Shown here piece by piece: positions 1 to 11,527 of a stretch of DNA of 47,999 bases. Within the stretch, counting starts at the first letter, position 1. The number at the start of each line of letters is the position of its first letter. The stretch lies in contig NKIB01014054.1 of NCBI GenBank assembly GCA_002256025.1, positions 1-47,999 on the forward strand. Direction: 5' to 3'. The translations under genes were made by a program, and so were the position numbers. The DNA comes from Asterionella formosa (taxonomy: Eukaryota). The notes beneath the pieces were generated by a model. It was not told where the DNA came from. It saw only the letters and a program-made list of their open reading frames with translations, and ran no database searches.

Positions 1-440
1 CACAATAAAGTAAAGCAGAAAGTGAGTTTCTGACGTTTACTAAAGATCTAGAAGTAGATCACGAGAAATAGCTAGCTGAGAGTGAAGTATAGACGTATAC
101 TACTCAAGAGTACTAGATACTTTAACATACCGGTACTTCCAATTGTTAAAATGATGATTCATTTATCTACTGCTTGGTCTGCTGAACAACATTTTTGGGT
201 AAAATATATTGGTCTTATTAATTAAGCAGTTTTTGACTAGTACTGATCTGTGCGCGTACCTTTCACCGGGCAGGTGGGTCTTCGTCTGTTTTTCTTTCGC
301 TCCTGCCTTGTGGTACTTTGGATCCTCTCACCGTCTGTATCTTGTACGTCGGCTTCCATATTTCCTTACCACATGCAGTTCACACTTCCTTTATAATACC
401 CCCCCCCCCCTGACGACTTCCTCCTCAATATTAAGGCATC

Positions 441-1928
441 ATGAAGAAGGACACAGTCGCTTCTATCGCCCTTTGTGCAGCTGCAGCAGCGACGAGCGGC
501 GCTTCCTCGTCTCTGTTTACGGGTAATACTGCTCCTTTCCTTTCTATTCGTGGTGGGGTCATTGCAGGGGAAGCCGCAGCTCCTAACAATTCAACCAGCG
601 CAGCAAAGCACTCGAAAAGCAAACAGAAACGATCGAAGCATTCTGCAAAGGCCAATGGACGTCCAAAAGCAGCCTACGCGGAGGAAACAATCACATCAAA
701 CACCACTGCAGAAAACGACGAAGTACCGGAAAGCGAACCACAAATCAGGACACAATCCTCAGCACAAGACAAGCTCCTTCTCGACATTATCGCTCAATCA
801 GATTATTATGCTGTTTTGGGAGTGTCTAAATCTGCCACTCCTCGCGAAATAACCAAGGCATATAGGAAGCGTGCGCTTCAAACGCACCCAGACAAGACGC
901 AGGGAGATCGGCGCGCCTTTGACAAGGTTGCCGAAGCCCATGACGTTCTTTCCGATGAAACAAAACGAAGCCTATTTGATAGATACGGAAAAAAGGGGAT
1001 CGATCGACCGCCATCCTCACACCGCAGTACAACGATGACTGAAGAATTGTTTCGTTCCATGTTTGGACATGGCGCGACTGCTGTTCCCAGAAATAAAAAT
1101 GTGAAATACCAATTGGAAGTGACACTTGAGGATTTGTATTCTGGGCTGACTCGAGCGATATTGGTAGAACAAACTCCTGAATCTAGTCGCAAAACCGTCC
1201 AAGTCCATGTTCCTCGAGGTATGGCAAGTGGGGAGCATGTGGTGTTATCTGGAGAAATGGATGCTGTTTCAAATGCCGCGCCTGGAGATTTGATTTTTTT
1301 GTTGGCGCAACGGCGTCACCCGATCTTTACAAGAAAGGGACATGATTTAGCAATGGAACTGGTGGTTTCCTTGTCGGAAGCACTCTGTGGAATACACGGA
1401 CGTTCAATTCGACATTTGAACGGACGATCCTTGATCATTTCGTCGGCTGAGGGGGAGGATGGGGAGGCCATTATGATAAGGACGGGAGATATTCATGTCC
1501 TGAAAGGGGAAGGCATGCCCATACGAGATACTAGTGACTTTGGAGACTTGTATATCCAATACAAAGTAGAACTTCCGTCAAATACGGCACTGAAGCGATT
1601 GAACATGAAAGAACGAGCTCAACTGGGACTATTGTTGGATAAACTTGAAGGCAAGAAGAAACATGCAAACAGTGAAGTCGTTCCTATTGTCTTGAAAAAT
1701 GCCAGTGTATCGGACTTTGGAGTTGCCAGTGGTGTGTTCCAAGTGCAACAAGATGAATTCCAAGACGACGATAGAAAAAGTCCATTTGGTGGGACTGGAA
1801 GGTCATTTTTTTGGTCAAGCAACCAAGCAGCAAATTCCAACAACAATCCATTTGGCGGGCACAATCCCTTCTTTGGTGGGAACACTGGCGATGGTGATCA
1901 CGAAAACGTGCAATGTCAGCAAATGTAG
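441..1928 (+). CDS. Hsp40/DnaJ co-chaperone (DNAJA-like, no zinc finger) with N-terminal signal-like extension and C-terminal CaaX-like end
   Basis: 495-aa ORF. J-domain DYYAVLGV...HPDK...AHDVLSDETKRSLFDRYG; DnaJ C-terminal domain (LEVTLEDLYSG, PGDLIF, LSEALCG, GEGMP, GDLYI); ends VQCQQM. Confidence 0.93.
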   Translation: MKKDTVASIALCAAAAATSGASSSLFTGNTAPFLSIRGGVIAGEAAAPNNSTSAAKHSKSKQKRSKHSAKANGRPKAAYAEETITSNTTAENDEVPESEPQIRTQSSAQDKLLLDIIAQSDYYAVLGVSKSATPREITKAYRKRALQTHPDKTQGDRRAFDKVAEAHDVLSDETKRSLFDRYGKKGIDRPPSSHRSTTMTEELFRSMFGHGATAVPRNKNVKYQLEVTLEDLYSGLTRAILVEQTPESSRKTVQVHVPRGMASGEHVVLSGEMDAVSNAAPGDLIFLLAQRRHPIFTRKGHDLAMELVVSLSEALCGIHGRSIRHLNGRSLIISSAEGEDGEAIMIRTGDIHVLKGEGMPIRDTSDFGDLYIQYKVELPSNTALKRLNMKERAQLGLLLDKLEGKKKHANSEVVPIVLKNASVSDFGVASGVFQVQQDEFQDDDRKSPFGGTGRSFFWSSNQAANSNNNPFGGHNPFFGGNTGDGDHENVQCQQM

Positions 1929-2559
1929 CCTCGGAGGATCTGTGGTACAGTAGCCTAGAATATCCAACTTTTAGAGTAAATTTTCTTCTTTAACTCCTAA
2001 TAAATAATACATCCAAGAGAAGTTGTGTAATATTGAAGCCGACATCCTGTAACAACAACAGTCATGTATAATTGATAGGAGACTATGAAAATTCCTTTAA
2101 TATGTTGTCGTTTGTCTTTCGCCATCATGCATACATCGGCGGAAGTTTGCTTTTGGTGGTCCAAACTGTTTTGGAATACGTCGCAGCAAGCGTTGCTTCA
2201 AAATAGGATGCTCCAAGGTGCATCAAAGGCGACTATACGATACAACCTGTACTGACACGACTTTTGATGAATCTCCATGATGAGAACTTGACCACCGGAT
2301 CACCCAAGATGGTAGAACAATTTACTAAGATGGCTTGATGATCTTGCCCTCTTCCTTTTTGAACTTTACTAGGAGTCCTGTTGGGTCAGCCATTCCTTGT
2401 GACGACATTGACTCTCCCAAAATCAACGCTATTGCCCAGTTCGATGTTACCATTTGGGGGACACGATTCCTCCTTGTCGTAGACATTCTAAATTTTTTTA
2501 AGAGTCGAACAAAAAATTAGATAACCAAGTAAAATTAAACCAGCTGGATTCACTCCATG

Positions 2560-4239
2560 CTATCGTACGACGACACTTCCAATCATGATTCTATTTTGCA
2601 CTGAGAACTTGATTGGGAATGATTCCTGCCAAGTACACAGTCTTGTAGTAAAATTTCTTTTCTTGTCAATTAGACTCAGTGATGCTAAGCTTGATTTCTC
2701 CTCAATTATGGTTTGGAAACGCCGTTCTGCAGCCACTAGCCTCATTGCATTGAGGGCCCGAATCGCTCGGTGTTGGCCCTGTGATCCTGCGATAACTGCC
2801 AGGGCTGAGACTAAAGCTCTGTCGTTTTTGTTTTGTTCTAGCACAATCATGGAGTCTGATAGTTGAGATAATGTTGCCATTTGGTCGTTCGATTGGAAAC
2901 AGCAAGTCGAGATGCAAAAGGTGGCACAACATTGCAATGCCAATTCTACGGCAGCTTCTGCAAGCCCTCCACAACAATGTAATCCAAACACCATGTCAAA
3001 GGTGGATTTCTCCAAGACTGCTGTCACTCGTTCTGTATCCTCCAAATCGCAAAGAACAAAGGTCATGTATGATCCCAAGCCAGCATCGACAGCTCTAGCT
3101 CTCCCAGCATCTAGCGACGACTTGTTTAAATCAATGACAGTGACATGGACCCGTCGACTACAGTTCTTACCAGCAGTAAAATAGGCAGCCACCGCATTGG
3201 CCAAGTCGCCTCGACCACCTCCAATATCAGCCAAATGAATCAATCCATGTTGATTTTCGAGCCCATCCACCAATCGTTTGATCAACTCCAGCATCCACAA
3301 GACTTGAGGTCGCTTGCGTTCATTTACATATTTCACACGCCGTGCATCCGTTGCGTCTGGCAAGTTGAGAGAAGGATCGACATTTCTATCAACAAAACAG
3401 CCATGAATGTAGTCAGTGACATCTGAGACCTCTTCCACTGTCCCATCGCAGTCACGACACCAGTTCTGTTCCATTCGTAGCAAGGCCGACCACGTAGTGG
3501 GAGAAGTTGGTGGTACCCTACGCGCCTTGCGGGACCATCCCTGGAATTGTCTCATGTCATTGGCCAGCCGCATAAGTTCCTTGTTCTTGAAGAGTGAGAT
3601 GTAATTTGCTGATTGGCAACATCGCACTATTACCTCACATTGATGAATATTCCATGGTCGGAGAGCCACAGCGAGGCCCACTGGAATAGACAATGTCGAT
3701 GGCGTCTCAGTCTCGTCAAAGAGTGAGTGTAATTCTTCGAACGACAAGGACAGCAACTTGGCAAGATACGGAGTAGCTGGGAGAGCAGCCAGCACTGTAG
3801 CACGTGTGGCCCAGACGTGCTGATCGTTCGCGGCGGCCTTGCCGTCCACGCATACGTGGACTCCGGGCACCAGTAAGGCTCTGGCGCCGCGAATGGTCAA
3901 CCATGCTTGCATGGCACTGGGCTGGTGGGTCCCTTGGCAACGGACGCGTACTGTCGATCCATCATGCTTCTGCACGTCCATGTGCAAATCGAATTCCCCA
4001 TTGATACGAACCGCAACAATGTGGCCAACGATGGTTGTGCTTCCATCCGCAATAGAAGGGGTTTGAGTTGTTTCTGATGCACAAGGCACTGTCTCTGACA
4101 TGGAAGACGTGCGAGGCTGTTCAAGAGTCCACCCCCCAATCATGTTGCTGCGCCGCCTTCGACTCGGTCCTTGAGGATCTGTTCCATCCTTTCTATCACA
4201 TGGCAGTCTCTTTGCATCATTGTCTGTTGTAAAATGCAT
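2560..4239 (-). CDS. Class I SAM-dependent methyltransferase (Methyltransf_32/METTL25-like) with N-terminal OB-fold-like region
   Basis: 559-aa ORF. Motif I LADIGGGRGDL, VTVID and FGLHCCGGL followed by CISTCC. Exact start uncertain. Confidence 0.8.
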   Translation of the reverse strand: MHFTTDNDAKRLPCDRKDGTDPQGPSRRRRSNMIGGWTLEQPRTSSMSETVPCASETTQTPSIADGSTTIVGHIVAVRINGEFDLHMDVQKHDGSTVRVRCQGTHQPSAMQAWLTIRGARALLVPGVHVCVDGKAAANDQHVWATRATVLAALPATPYLAKLLSLSFEELHSLFDETETPSTLSIPVGLAVALRPWNIHQCEVIVRCCQSANYISLFKNKELMRLANDMRQFQGWSRKARRVPPTSPTTWSALLRMEQNWCRDCDGTVEEVSDVTDYIHGCFVDRNVDPSLNLPDATDARRVKYVNERKRPQVLWMLELIKRLVDGLENQHGLIHLADIGGGRGDLANAVAAYFTAGKNCSRRVHVTVIDLNKSSLDAGRARAVDAGLGSYMTFVLCDLEDTERVTAVLEKSTFDMVFGLHCCGGLAEAAVELALQCCATFCISTCCFQSNDQMATLSQLSDSMIVLEQNKNDRALVSALAVIAGSQGQHRAIRALNAMRLVAAERRFQTIIEEKSSLASLSLIDKKRNFTTRLCTWQESFPIKFSVQNRIMIGSVVVR

Positions 4240-4981
4240 CGCATCTGGGCTACGACGACGAAACTCCAGAAACTACTGTGACAGGACAGGCAAATAAGGA
4301 GAAAACTTCTTCAATTCAGCATGGCATCTCTAACACCCCACTTGTTCCCGAACGACATTCACAGTCACTTTTTCAGTCCCGGATCGGGTACCGGTATACC
4401 ACGAGCTCGTGACCCATTTCAGTAATTTTGCAAGAAATTAACAACCCTGGCCGCATTTCGATGCGGCGAAAGCAAGGAGCAGGGGTGTACACCATGTGTA
4501 ATAGCGCTTGCCAAACTTAATTCAGTCGCAGTGGACTTCGCAAAGACTGGAAATCCAGTCTTATAATTCCAGCACAAAAGGCCATTTCAGCTTGCCGGAG
4601 CATATTACATTGTGAACTACCGGTAGTATAGTCCAGAGCAGCGTTGGAAATTCGCTGAGATCCAGCACAAATATTCTTCATCGATTCTGTTTATAGCTTT
4701 CCTTCGATTATTGCCAATGTGATGGCAGCTGGATTGAGATGATTGCAACTACAGCTTCTTGTCCAACGAACGAGTTTGCGCATTTCTACAAACAATCATG
4801 CACATGTGCTCAAGCTCACACCATCCCAACAGTCTAGTGCTCTTACTTGTGATGTTGATTTGCGCCCCAACTTCAGCCCAGAAATATAGAAAGCAAGGAC
4901 TGTTTCTGTAAATAATATTGCTATTTATAGACTGCATATTCTTGGGAACAGAAGCGATAAGGGGATGCACACGGAACTATC

Positions 4982-7900
4982 TTAATTTATTAGTGCGCGA
5001 TTCAAAGCACCGACAAGCATCTGGGCTTCCCTGATGATGGGATTATCTAAAGTTGCTTGCAAGTTGTCCATATTGATGAGAAAAGCTCCGAGACAAGCAA
5101 TCCAGGCCTCTCTGGTCGCTGGGTTGCAAAAACAGACTTGCCGACTCGCTAAAACCTTGCCAATCAGAATTGTATGATCAACGGCAATGGACGTTTTGGC
5201 AAGTAACTGGATTCGCTCAAGTACAGGAAGTATGTGACCATGATCCTTCATGGTTGGAAGCACATTAAGCAGGTTGATCATGAAATCCCTCACAGCACAT
5301 GAAGAAGTCTCCTCCAACTCGACACTACAGAGAGCCCATGCAAGCCGTGGTTTCCATTCATGTGGAGCTATCGACAGAAAATGCGATGCAGATTCCGCCT
5401 GAATGCCAATGCTAAAAGTGGGAATTAAAACAGCCGGCTCAGTCGATATTTCTGCGATTATTGAAACCAGGGAAAATATTACCTTGCTGGCCAGCTCTTT
5501 GACAAGATCATCACTGCTGTCGTCAAGACAAGCAACGACTGCCAGAATGGGCTGTAAAAGACACCGGAATTCGAAAAATACATTTTCCGAAGAATGTACC
5601 TCCAATCGACTATATGCTTCCTGACAAACGACCCAAACAAGTTCAAGAAATGCTCGTCGACTGTCCGCGGTGGGCAATGCCAATTTCACATCGTTCCCGC
5701 CCAAAAACGAAACAACCCAAGAGACTAGGCCGAGTCTCCCAATCAAGTGATTACTCGCCGCCTTCCCACCATACTTAACGATTCTCGTAATAGTTTCAAT
5801 AAGTAACGTTCGCTCCAAATCGACCTCATCGTCTGATCGAGCTGAGATTCCTTGCAGAGCAGACAAAATTAACTCTGAAGCGTGACAGGACAAAATCATG
5901 CGGTAGCATGAGCTGTCAACAAAGGAGTCTTTGAGAAATTGCAGTGCCCAAATTCGCTCGTTTTTTGCTTGATCCCCTTCATCTGAAGATGAACAAAAAA
6001 AAGGAATAAAGCCAGGAAGGCGATGGATATCATCATACGCGCCATGACCATTTTCTATTTTGAGAAAGTATTTATTGATGGGACCAAACATTGGGTCACC
6101 TGGCTTGGTCATAATGAACGAAGCCTTCGCCAAGAAAACAGCCGACAAGACTTGCAAGTTTGGGCTCTCGCGAACAAACTTAGCTCGTCGAACTGCCATC
6201 CCCCTTTGCAATGAGTTCAGCAGAACTGTAATCTGAGGCCGTGATCGCCAGGTACTTAGCTCTTGAGCAACTGTGGAGTTGGTTGCTCGCATGAATAGGC
6301 CCAATGTTGAAATTGCAATTTCTCGTAAAACACGACAGCGGCTGCTTAGACTGGCGATGCAAAGAGCAAGTGCTCCCTTCTCACAAAGTCGCTGAGCCAT
6401 GGTGACAAATTCTGTCTCGCTTTCCTCGGTGAGGTTCATGCCAGTCTTTGAATCTTTCACCAACTGTATATCTTGCTTTCCCTCGATTGCTTCAGGTACC
6501 AAGCTTTCTAGAGCTCCAAAAATAAGTGGGACGACGAATGCGGGGCTGTACCGGATATCTTCTCCCCTACCCTGCCATTTTTTAGGACCATTGCCATTGT
6601 CAGCACCATTAGATTGCTCCTCGACTTTGACTTTGGTTTCACCGCCGACTGCTTCATCGAGGCTTTCATCCCCTGTGTGCCCTCCTTCGTTTTCTGTACC
6701 AAATTGAATTTGATCCGAGATATCGGAGGTGATTGAGTCATGTAATGGAAATTGATGCAACGTCGTGTGTATTCTTACTATATCCAAGGCATCAATAAGC
6801 CATTGCCAATCTGAGTCCCCCTTGTCATTGACGCAATTCTCTCTTCCAAACGACACGCCCTTCCAGCGCATTTCATGAAAACTCGGTACGTATCCCTCGT
6901 TGCAGTCAGCAGCAGCGAATAGAATTCGACGTAATATACAGTCTTGCTCTGACATTGATGCAGAATACAGGGAAAGCAAGGCAAACCAGGTTGACTTATC
7001 CAAGGATACAGAATGGCCGCACCCTGCCAAACAAGCATCTACAAGCTGGAATACCGCAAACTTGATTTCATGTTGATTCTCGCTCTCAGAAGTTACAAAA
7101 CTTGAAAATTTTGAATGCGAAATGATCATATTTAAAAGAATCTTTGGATGGAGAAAAGTGCTTTGAGCCAAGAAATTCTCCATTGCAACATGTGCTGATA
7201 ATGACCAATTCAGTAGTACACGAAGCACAGCAACACAACCGATTGCCGTGCTCATCCCATCTCCGTACTCCATTCGAATACAATACTTCATGCAGGAGCG
7301 TATGCAGTTGTCGACACTTCCTGAAGGGATTTTTGACATGATGGTTGAAAGCAAGGAATCGTGAATGCTTCCGAGAATCGCGACAACCCCGTTTAAAAGA
7401 ACGACTAATTTTGGGGTAATTGAAGGCTTCCCTGTCGACTGTTTTGAGCTTTCCTTCAGAAGGTTTGGAAGAGTGTCGAAGCAATGAGAAAGGATATCCA
7501 CAGCAAGCTTGACAGTGCAATACCGATGTGACACCACCTGAAGGAACTTCACCAGACATGACACAAAGAGCGAGTATACGCTAAAATTTAAGTGCTGCGC
7601 CAAAAGAAAATGAGAAATGGCTTCACAACACCTTTTGCAAGTTTGTTCATTTGCTCCGGCCATATAGGATTCAAAGATGTTCGCGGCCATTGCGAAATCT
7701 GCATCGGATGTACTATTTGTCAATATGCTGACTGCCCGATGTAGCGCAAAAGAAGTAACCGAGTTATCGTACTGTGACTCTCCACAACCAACCTGATGTC
7801 TTGCCAAAATTAGGAAGGCTTCGTCAAACGTGCCAGCATCTAGGAGCTGTCGCATCTGATTTTCGTTCAGATCAATTCCTTCGAAGTTGAATCCCATCAA

Positions 7901-10900
7901 CTCAGTGAGCAATGGAAGAAATCGAAAGGTGTCATATGTAAGCACAACAGAAAGCATGGGAAGTGATATTGGCTGTAGACCTTTGTTCTTGACTTGAATA
8001 ATCTGTGATCGAAGGCATGTGGAAAGAATGGTGTTTGACGGTTCTGAACAGAAATCGGCATAATAATCGTCCTTGCAACAACGTTTTGAAAGCGATGCTT
8101 CGAGAACAGCAACTACTTCCGCCGATGTGGATTCGCGGCTAACTGCTCTGATCAACGCGTTAAAACCAATTCGGGGCGATGATTCGGGCAGTTCTTCATT
8201 GATATTCTTTACCCAATTGAGTTGGAAAGCATTTGTTATTGCGATGTTTTCTTCGTCGATATCTACCTTTAGCAGCTGATTGCCGAGTTCCATTGAGAAA
8301 GTCGTCGGAAGATACGGCTTCAGCAGCCACAGACGCAACAGTTGAATTTGCGTGTCCTTGTCCATTTTCATTCCAGACAAGAACTGTTGGTCAAAAAACG
8401 ACATCGGCTGGGTGATGTTCCCTCTGAAAAAATCAGGACCCCTTGATAATAGAAGCATGTACTGCAATGTACGTTCTGCTGTTAAGCTTGCGTTTGCACG
8501 GAAGAAAGGATGCTCTAAGAGCGACTGAAAGGCCAATGATGACCACTCGGACTGGGCAAACATGTGAAGCATGGACGTAAGGCTATCCTGGATGACCTCA
8601 TGACTTTTCATATCTTGCATCATCATCCGAATATGCATACACATTCTTGTTGCCTCTACAATTCGATTTTTACTCGCATTTTTGAATGTGGCAGGCAAAA
8701 GGTTGAATACTTTTCCATGTGTGATTTCAAAGTGTTTCGGAGAAACAAGTAATGGTAGTAGCGTTCGCAGTTTGGGAGCAATGTCGTCGACTGAAGGGCT
8801 ACAGCACAGCAAGGAATGGGAATAGTTACATAGGACAAAGTGGTTCGAATTCTCGGCAATCTCTAAACTCTTGAAAACATGGGAAATTAATGCCGCCAAG
8901 GGCATGGGATCATTGTGATACAACAGGCACCTCCCCGCAATACGTGAAATAGTATCTGGCATTGAGCTTTTTGCAAATCCACACAATGCCGCTGTGAGAA
9001 TGGATGAATGAAACAAAGTCCCCATGGCACCGGGTAAATCTGATTCTTTCCATGCTTGAGCCGAACGAATCGTATGTTGGAATGTACTGGCATCTGGTCC
9101 CGCGCAAAACGAAAGAAACTCCTTCACTTTGGTTGGTTGTAATGAATTAATCCAAAGCTCTACTTCAAACATGACAGCATCCTTTACTGTAGCAATATCA
9201 TTCTCGTATAACAACATCGCGCACAACGTTTGCATTGCAATAGATTTTGACTTCTCGTACACAGCTATATGCTTCGATCCCATCATAATTTCCAAAATGA
9301 TTCGGAGCCCATTCAAACTTGTCGCCTTGCTGGATTGTCCAGCCAAACACTGTGAATTTTCAAAAATGGTAGAAAGGGTTTGTAGTTGCACCAATGGACT
9401 AGCCTTTGAAAATGCTAGCGATGTGTCGGGCAGTAGTTTGAACCAATCCCACCGAGCACTGATCTGTGGTAGGGCTTTGGAATACAATCCAAGCGTTTGA
9501 CACATAAGCATATAAACCACGTCATTTGCAGCTGTCATGTTTGACTGTGGATCCCAGACATTGAATTTGAGTCGTACAGTCAGAATGGTGGGAAGATCCA
9601 CAAGTCGTTTGCTAATTGCGTCAGTCATCCCGGCATCATCCATTCTCTGTGATGCGTGGCATCGTTGAAGTATAATCATAGTGGTCTTCAATGCTTCACA
9701 AACGACCAATGGATTCGTACTTTGAAGGGCTTTCATCATGCATTGCTTCTTGATACATGGTAGTACAAGTAGGGAAAGTAAGTGCTCTTGGTTCGTTGAA
9801 TCAACGATGCACAATGTCATAGGTGGGCCATCTCTCAGCAAACGGTCAATGAATCCCATTTGGGATATGAATGCAAAAACTTCCTTGGAATCCGGTAGGG
9901 AGAGCGATCGAGAGTAATGTTGAGTCAGGAATGGTGTGACTGTCAACACATGAATTAGAAATTTTTGCATTGGAATTGAACTATACTTCGCATGAAGCGT
10001 ATTCATGGCTTTGACAATATGTTGAGAATACAAAATTGACGTCTTGTCATTCATTTGACCAGAAATTCTAGTCAAGAAAGGGGACCGCATCCTGTCAGCC
10101 AAAAGTGGAAATAGGAGGCGACGAGCTTGTTGCGCCACCTTTTCCAACACATTATTAGTACTGTCAGTGCCATCCTCATCATTGCTTGAAAGTACCGCCT
10201 TAAAGTCGACAAATGCAGTAGCGACTCCACATGTTGCAAGTTTCGCCAAGTGCTGCAGAGTATCGGTTGAAACCAACAATTCGATCAGAGCCCTTCGACT
10301 CAAGACACTATTGTCCACCAACAGAAGACCTCTTATGGCTTGTAATAATCGTGCAACGGCGTTTTGAAAATAGTGTTGTGATGATTGATGACCACCAGGA
10401 GGAATAGTAAAATCTGCAACTATAATCCCATATTTCAATGCAAGGTGTAAAAGCCCAGGTGGTGATTTGCGGTCTCGACTTCCTCCTGTACATATATATG
10501 ATGCAATCGTTGGATCGTTCCATTTCACCAGAATCGTAGCCAATCTCAAACACGCGATTCGCGTTGGCCACGATGGTTCGTTGTCGTTGGTAGTGTCTTT
10601 AGGATTCATGGACGAAACATTGACTTTTAGGAAACCGCGCAGCACTCCCTCACGAATAGATGAATCCAATCCTCGAATCACCACATCACGAGCAATTCCT
10701 ACGGATATGGAAGAAAGTTGTGTCAAGATGTCCAACAATGGAGCAGCAATTGTTGCAGTTGTAGTAGCCGTGCTTTTGGTTCGTTGATCATTCAATAAAG
10801 ACAAGAATGTTGGAAGTCGATCTTTGATGATTGGCTTGAGAAATGTCGAATGCTTTGTTGTTGTTGTTGTTGTCGTCTGTACAAGACCAACCCCACCACC

Positions 10901-11527
10901 GTTGCTGTAACGATGTTGAAGAATAGGAATGGGAATGGCAGCAGAAATTAGTTCCCGTAACGCCTCAAGGTATGCCTTATCAATGGCACGGGATAGTTTC
11001 CCTTGGTTGTTCCGTAACAGTCGTTTATGAATTGCACCATGAGGAGACAATAGCCGATCGGACGTTAGTTCAATTGCCATGGGAGATTTGAGTAAGTATG
11101 CCTGAAGCAATCCACAGGGCCATTGACCCTGAATGACAGTCCCGAGATCTCGTCCCTTGGCCAGGGCAGTTCCAACAAACGGCACGTTGTAATTTTGAGA
11201 ATCCATTGTCCATTCTTCCTGTTTTCGCTTCTTGGCCGTGTCCACAGAAGGATCCTCATTTGTCGTTGATCCTGCTGATGGTGGTTCTTCTTCGTCGCCT
11301 TCCTCGTGGTTGCCACTGTCATCGTCGTCATCGTTGTCGTCGTCCGTCAACGACAACGCAAGGTTTCGTTCCCATCGTACAGCCTTGACAAACTGTTTCA
11401 ATACAATCAACGTTTGTTTCGGATCGTCCTCTCCATTCAATGTCGCTGCAAATTCAGTTGCTCCCAGTGTATTTTTGAAGGGATTCGGACTGGACGATGC
11501 TTCGTCTCGGTCGAGGCGCCGCTTCAT
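4982..11527 (-). CDS. URB1: Nucleolar pre-ribosomal-associated protein 1 (URB1/Npa1)
   Basis: Uninterrupted ~2180-aa helical ORF, first ATG MKRR at 11527. C-terminal NopRA1-like motifs YSPAFVVPL, GALALCIASLSS, INKYFLK and ERIWALQFLKD. Confidence 0.78.
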   Translation of the reverse strand: MKRRLDRDEASSSPNPFKNTLGATEFAATLNGEDDPKQTLIVLKQFVKAVRWERNLALSLTDDDNDDDDDSGNHEEGDEEEPPSAGSTTNEDPSVDTAKKRKQEEWTMDSQNYNVPFVGTALAKGRDLGTVIQGQWPCGLLQAYLLKSPMAIELTSDRLLSPHGAIHKRLLRNNQGKLSRAIDKAYLEALRELISAAIPIPILQHRYSNGGGVGLVQTTTTTTTKHSTFLKPIIKDRLPTFLSLLNDQRTKSTATTTATIAAPLLDILTQLSSISVGIARDVVIRGLDSSIREGVLRGFLKVNVSSMNPKDTTNDNEPSWPTRIACLRLATILVKWNDPTIASYICTGGSRDRKSPPGLLHLALKYGIIVADFTIPPGGHQSSQHYFQNAVARLLQAIRGLLLVDNSVLSRRALIELLVSTDTLQHLAKLATCGVATAFVDFKAVLSSNDEDGTDSTNNVLEKVAQQARRLLFPLLADRMRSPFLTRISGQMNDKTSILYSQHIVKAMNTLHAKYSSIPMQKFLIHVLTVTPFLTQHYSRSLSLPDSKEVFAFISQMGFIDRLLRDGPPMTLCIVDSTNQEHLLSLLVLPCIKKQCMMKALQSTNPLVVCEALKTTMIILQRCHASQRMDDAGMTDAISKRLVDLPTILTVRLKFNVWDPQSNMTAANDVVYMLMCQTLGLYSKALPQISARWDWFKLLPDTSLAFSKASPLVQLQTLSTIFENSQCLAGQSSKATSLNGLRIILEIMMGSKHIAVYEKSKSIAMQTLCAMLLYENDIATVKDAVMFEVELWINSLQPTKVKEFLSFCAGPDASTFQHTIRSAQAWKESDLPGAMGTLFHSSILTAALCGFAKSSMPDTISRIAGRCLLYHNDPMPLAALISHVFKSLEIAENSNHFVLCNYSHSLLCCSPSVDDIAPKLRTLLPLLVSPKHFEITHGKVFNLLPATFKNASKNRIVEATRMCMHIRMMMQDMKSHEVIQDSLTSMLHMFAQSEWSSLAFQSLLEHPFFRANASLTAERTLQYMLLLSRGPDFFRGNITQPMSFFDQQFLSGMKMDKDTQIQLLRLWLLKPYLPTTFSMELGNQLLKVDIDEENIAITNAFQLNWVKNINEELPESSPRIGFNALIRAVSRESTSAEVVAVLEASLSKRCCKDDYYADFCSEPSNTILSTCLRSQIIQVKNKGLQPISLPMLSVVLTYDTFRFLPLLTELMGFNFEGIDLNENQMRQLLDAGTFDEAFLILARHQVGCGESQYDNSVTSFALHRAVSILTNSTSDADFAMAANIFESYMAGANEQTCKRCCEAISHFLLAQHLNFSVYSLFVSCLVKFLQVVSHRYCTVKLAVDILSHCFDTLPNLLKESSKQSTGKPSITPKLVVLLNGVVAILGSIHDSLLSTIMSKIPSGSVDNCIRSCMKYCIRMEYGDGMSTAIGCVAVLRVLLNWSLSAHVAMENFLAQSTFLHPKILLNMIISHSKFSSFVTSESENQHEIKFAVFQLVDACLAGCGHSVSLDKSTWFALLSLYSASMSEQDCILRRILFAAADCNEGYVPSFHEMRWKGVSFGRENCVNDKGDSDWQWLIDALDIVRIHTTLHQFPLHDSITSDISDQIQFGTENEGGHTGDESLDEAVGGETKVKVEEQSNGADNGNGPKKWQGRGEDIRYSPAFVVPLIFGALESLVPEAIEGKQDIQLVKDSKTGMNLTEESETEFVTMAQRLCEKGALALCIASLSSRCRVLREIAISTLGLFMRATNSTVAQELSTWRSRPQITVLLNSLQRGMAVRRAKFVRESPNLQVLSAVFLAKASFIMTKPGDPMFGPINKYFLKIENGHGAYDDIHRLPGFIPFFCSSSDEGDQAKNERIWALQFLKDSFVDSSCYRMILSCHASELILSALQGISARSDDEVDLERTLLIETITRIVKYGGKAASNHLIGRLGLVSWVVSFLGGNDVKLALPTADSRRAFLELVWVVCQEAYSRLEVHSSENVFFEFRCLLQPILAVVACLDDSSDDLVKELASKVIFSLVSIIAEISTEPAVLIPTFSIGIQAESASHFLSIAPHEWKPRLAWALCSVELEETSSCAVRDFMINLLNVLPTMKDHGHILPVLERIQLLAKTSIAVDHTILIGKVLASRQVCFCNPATREAWIACLGAFLINMDNLQATLDNPIIREAQMLVGALNRALIN

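Noticed and set aside
151..247. ATGATGA...CTGA as a second C/D snoRNA
   Set aside because: The first CTGA is too close (35 nt), there is no closing stem for the longer version, and no intron context or recognisable guide.
4950..4958. ATCGCTTCT on the minus strand matching the U2 snRNA 5' end
   Set aside because: The match stops after 9 nt; no branch-point recognition sequence or Sm site.
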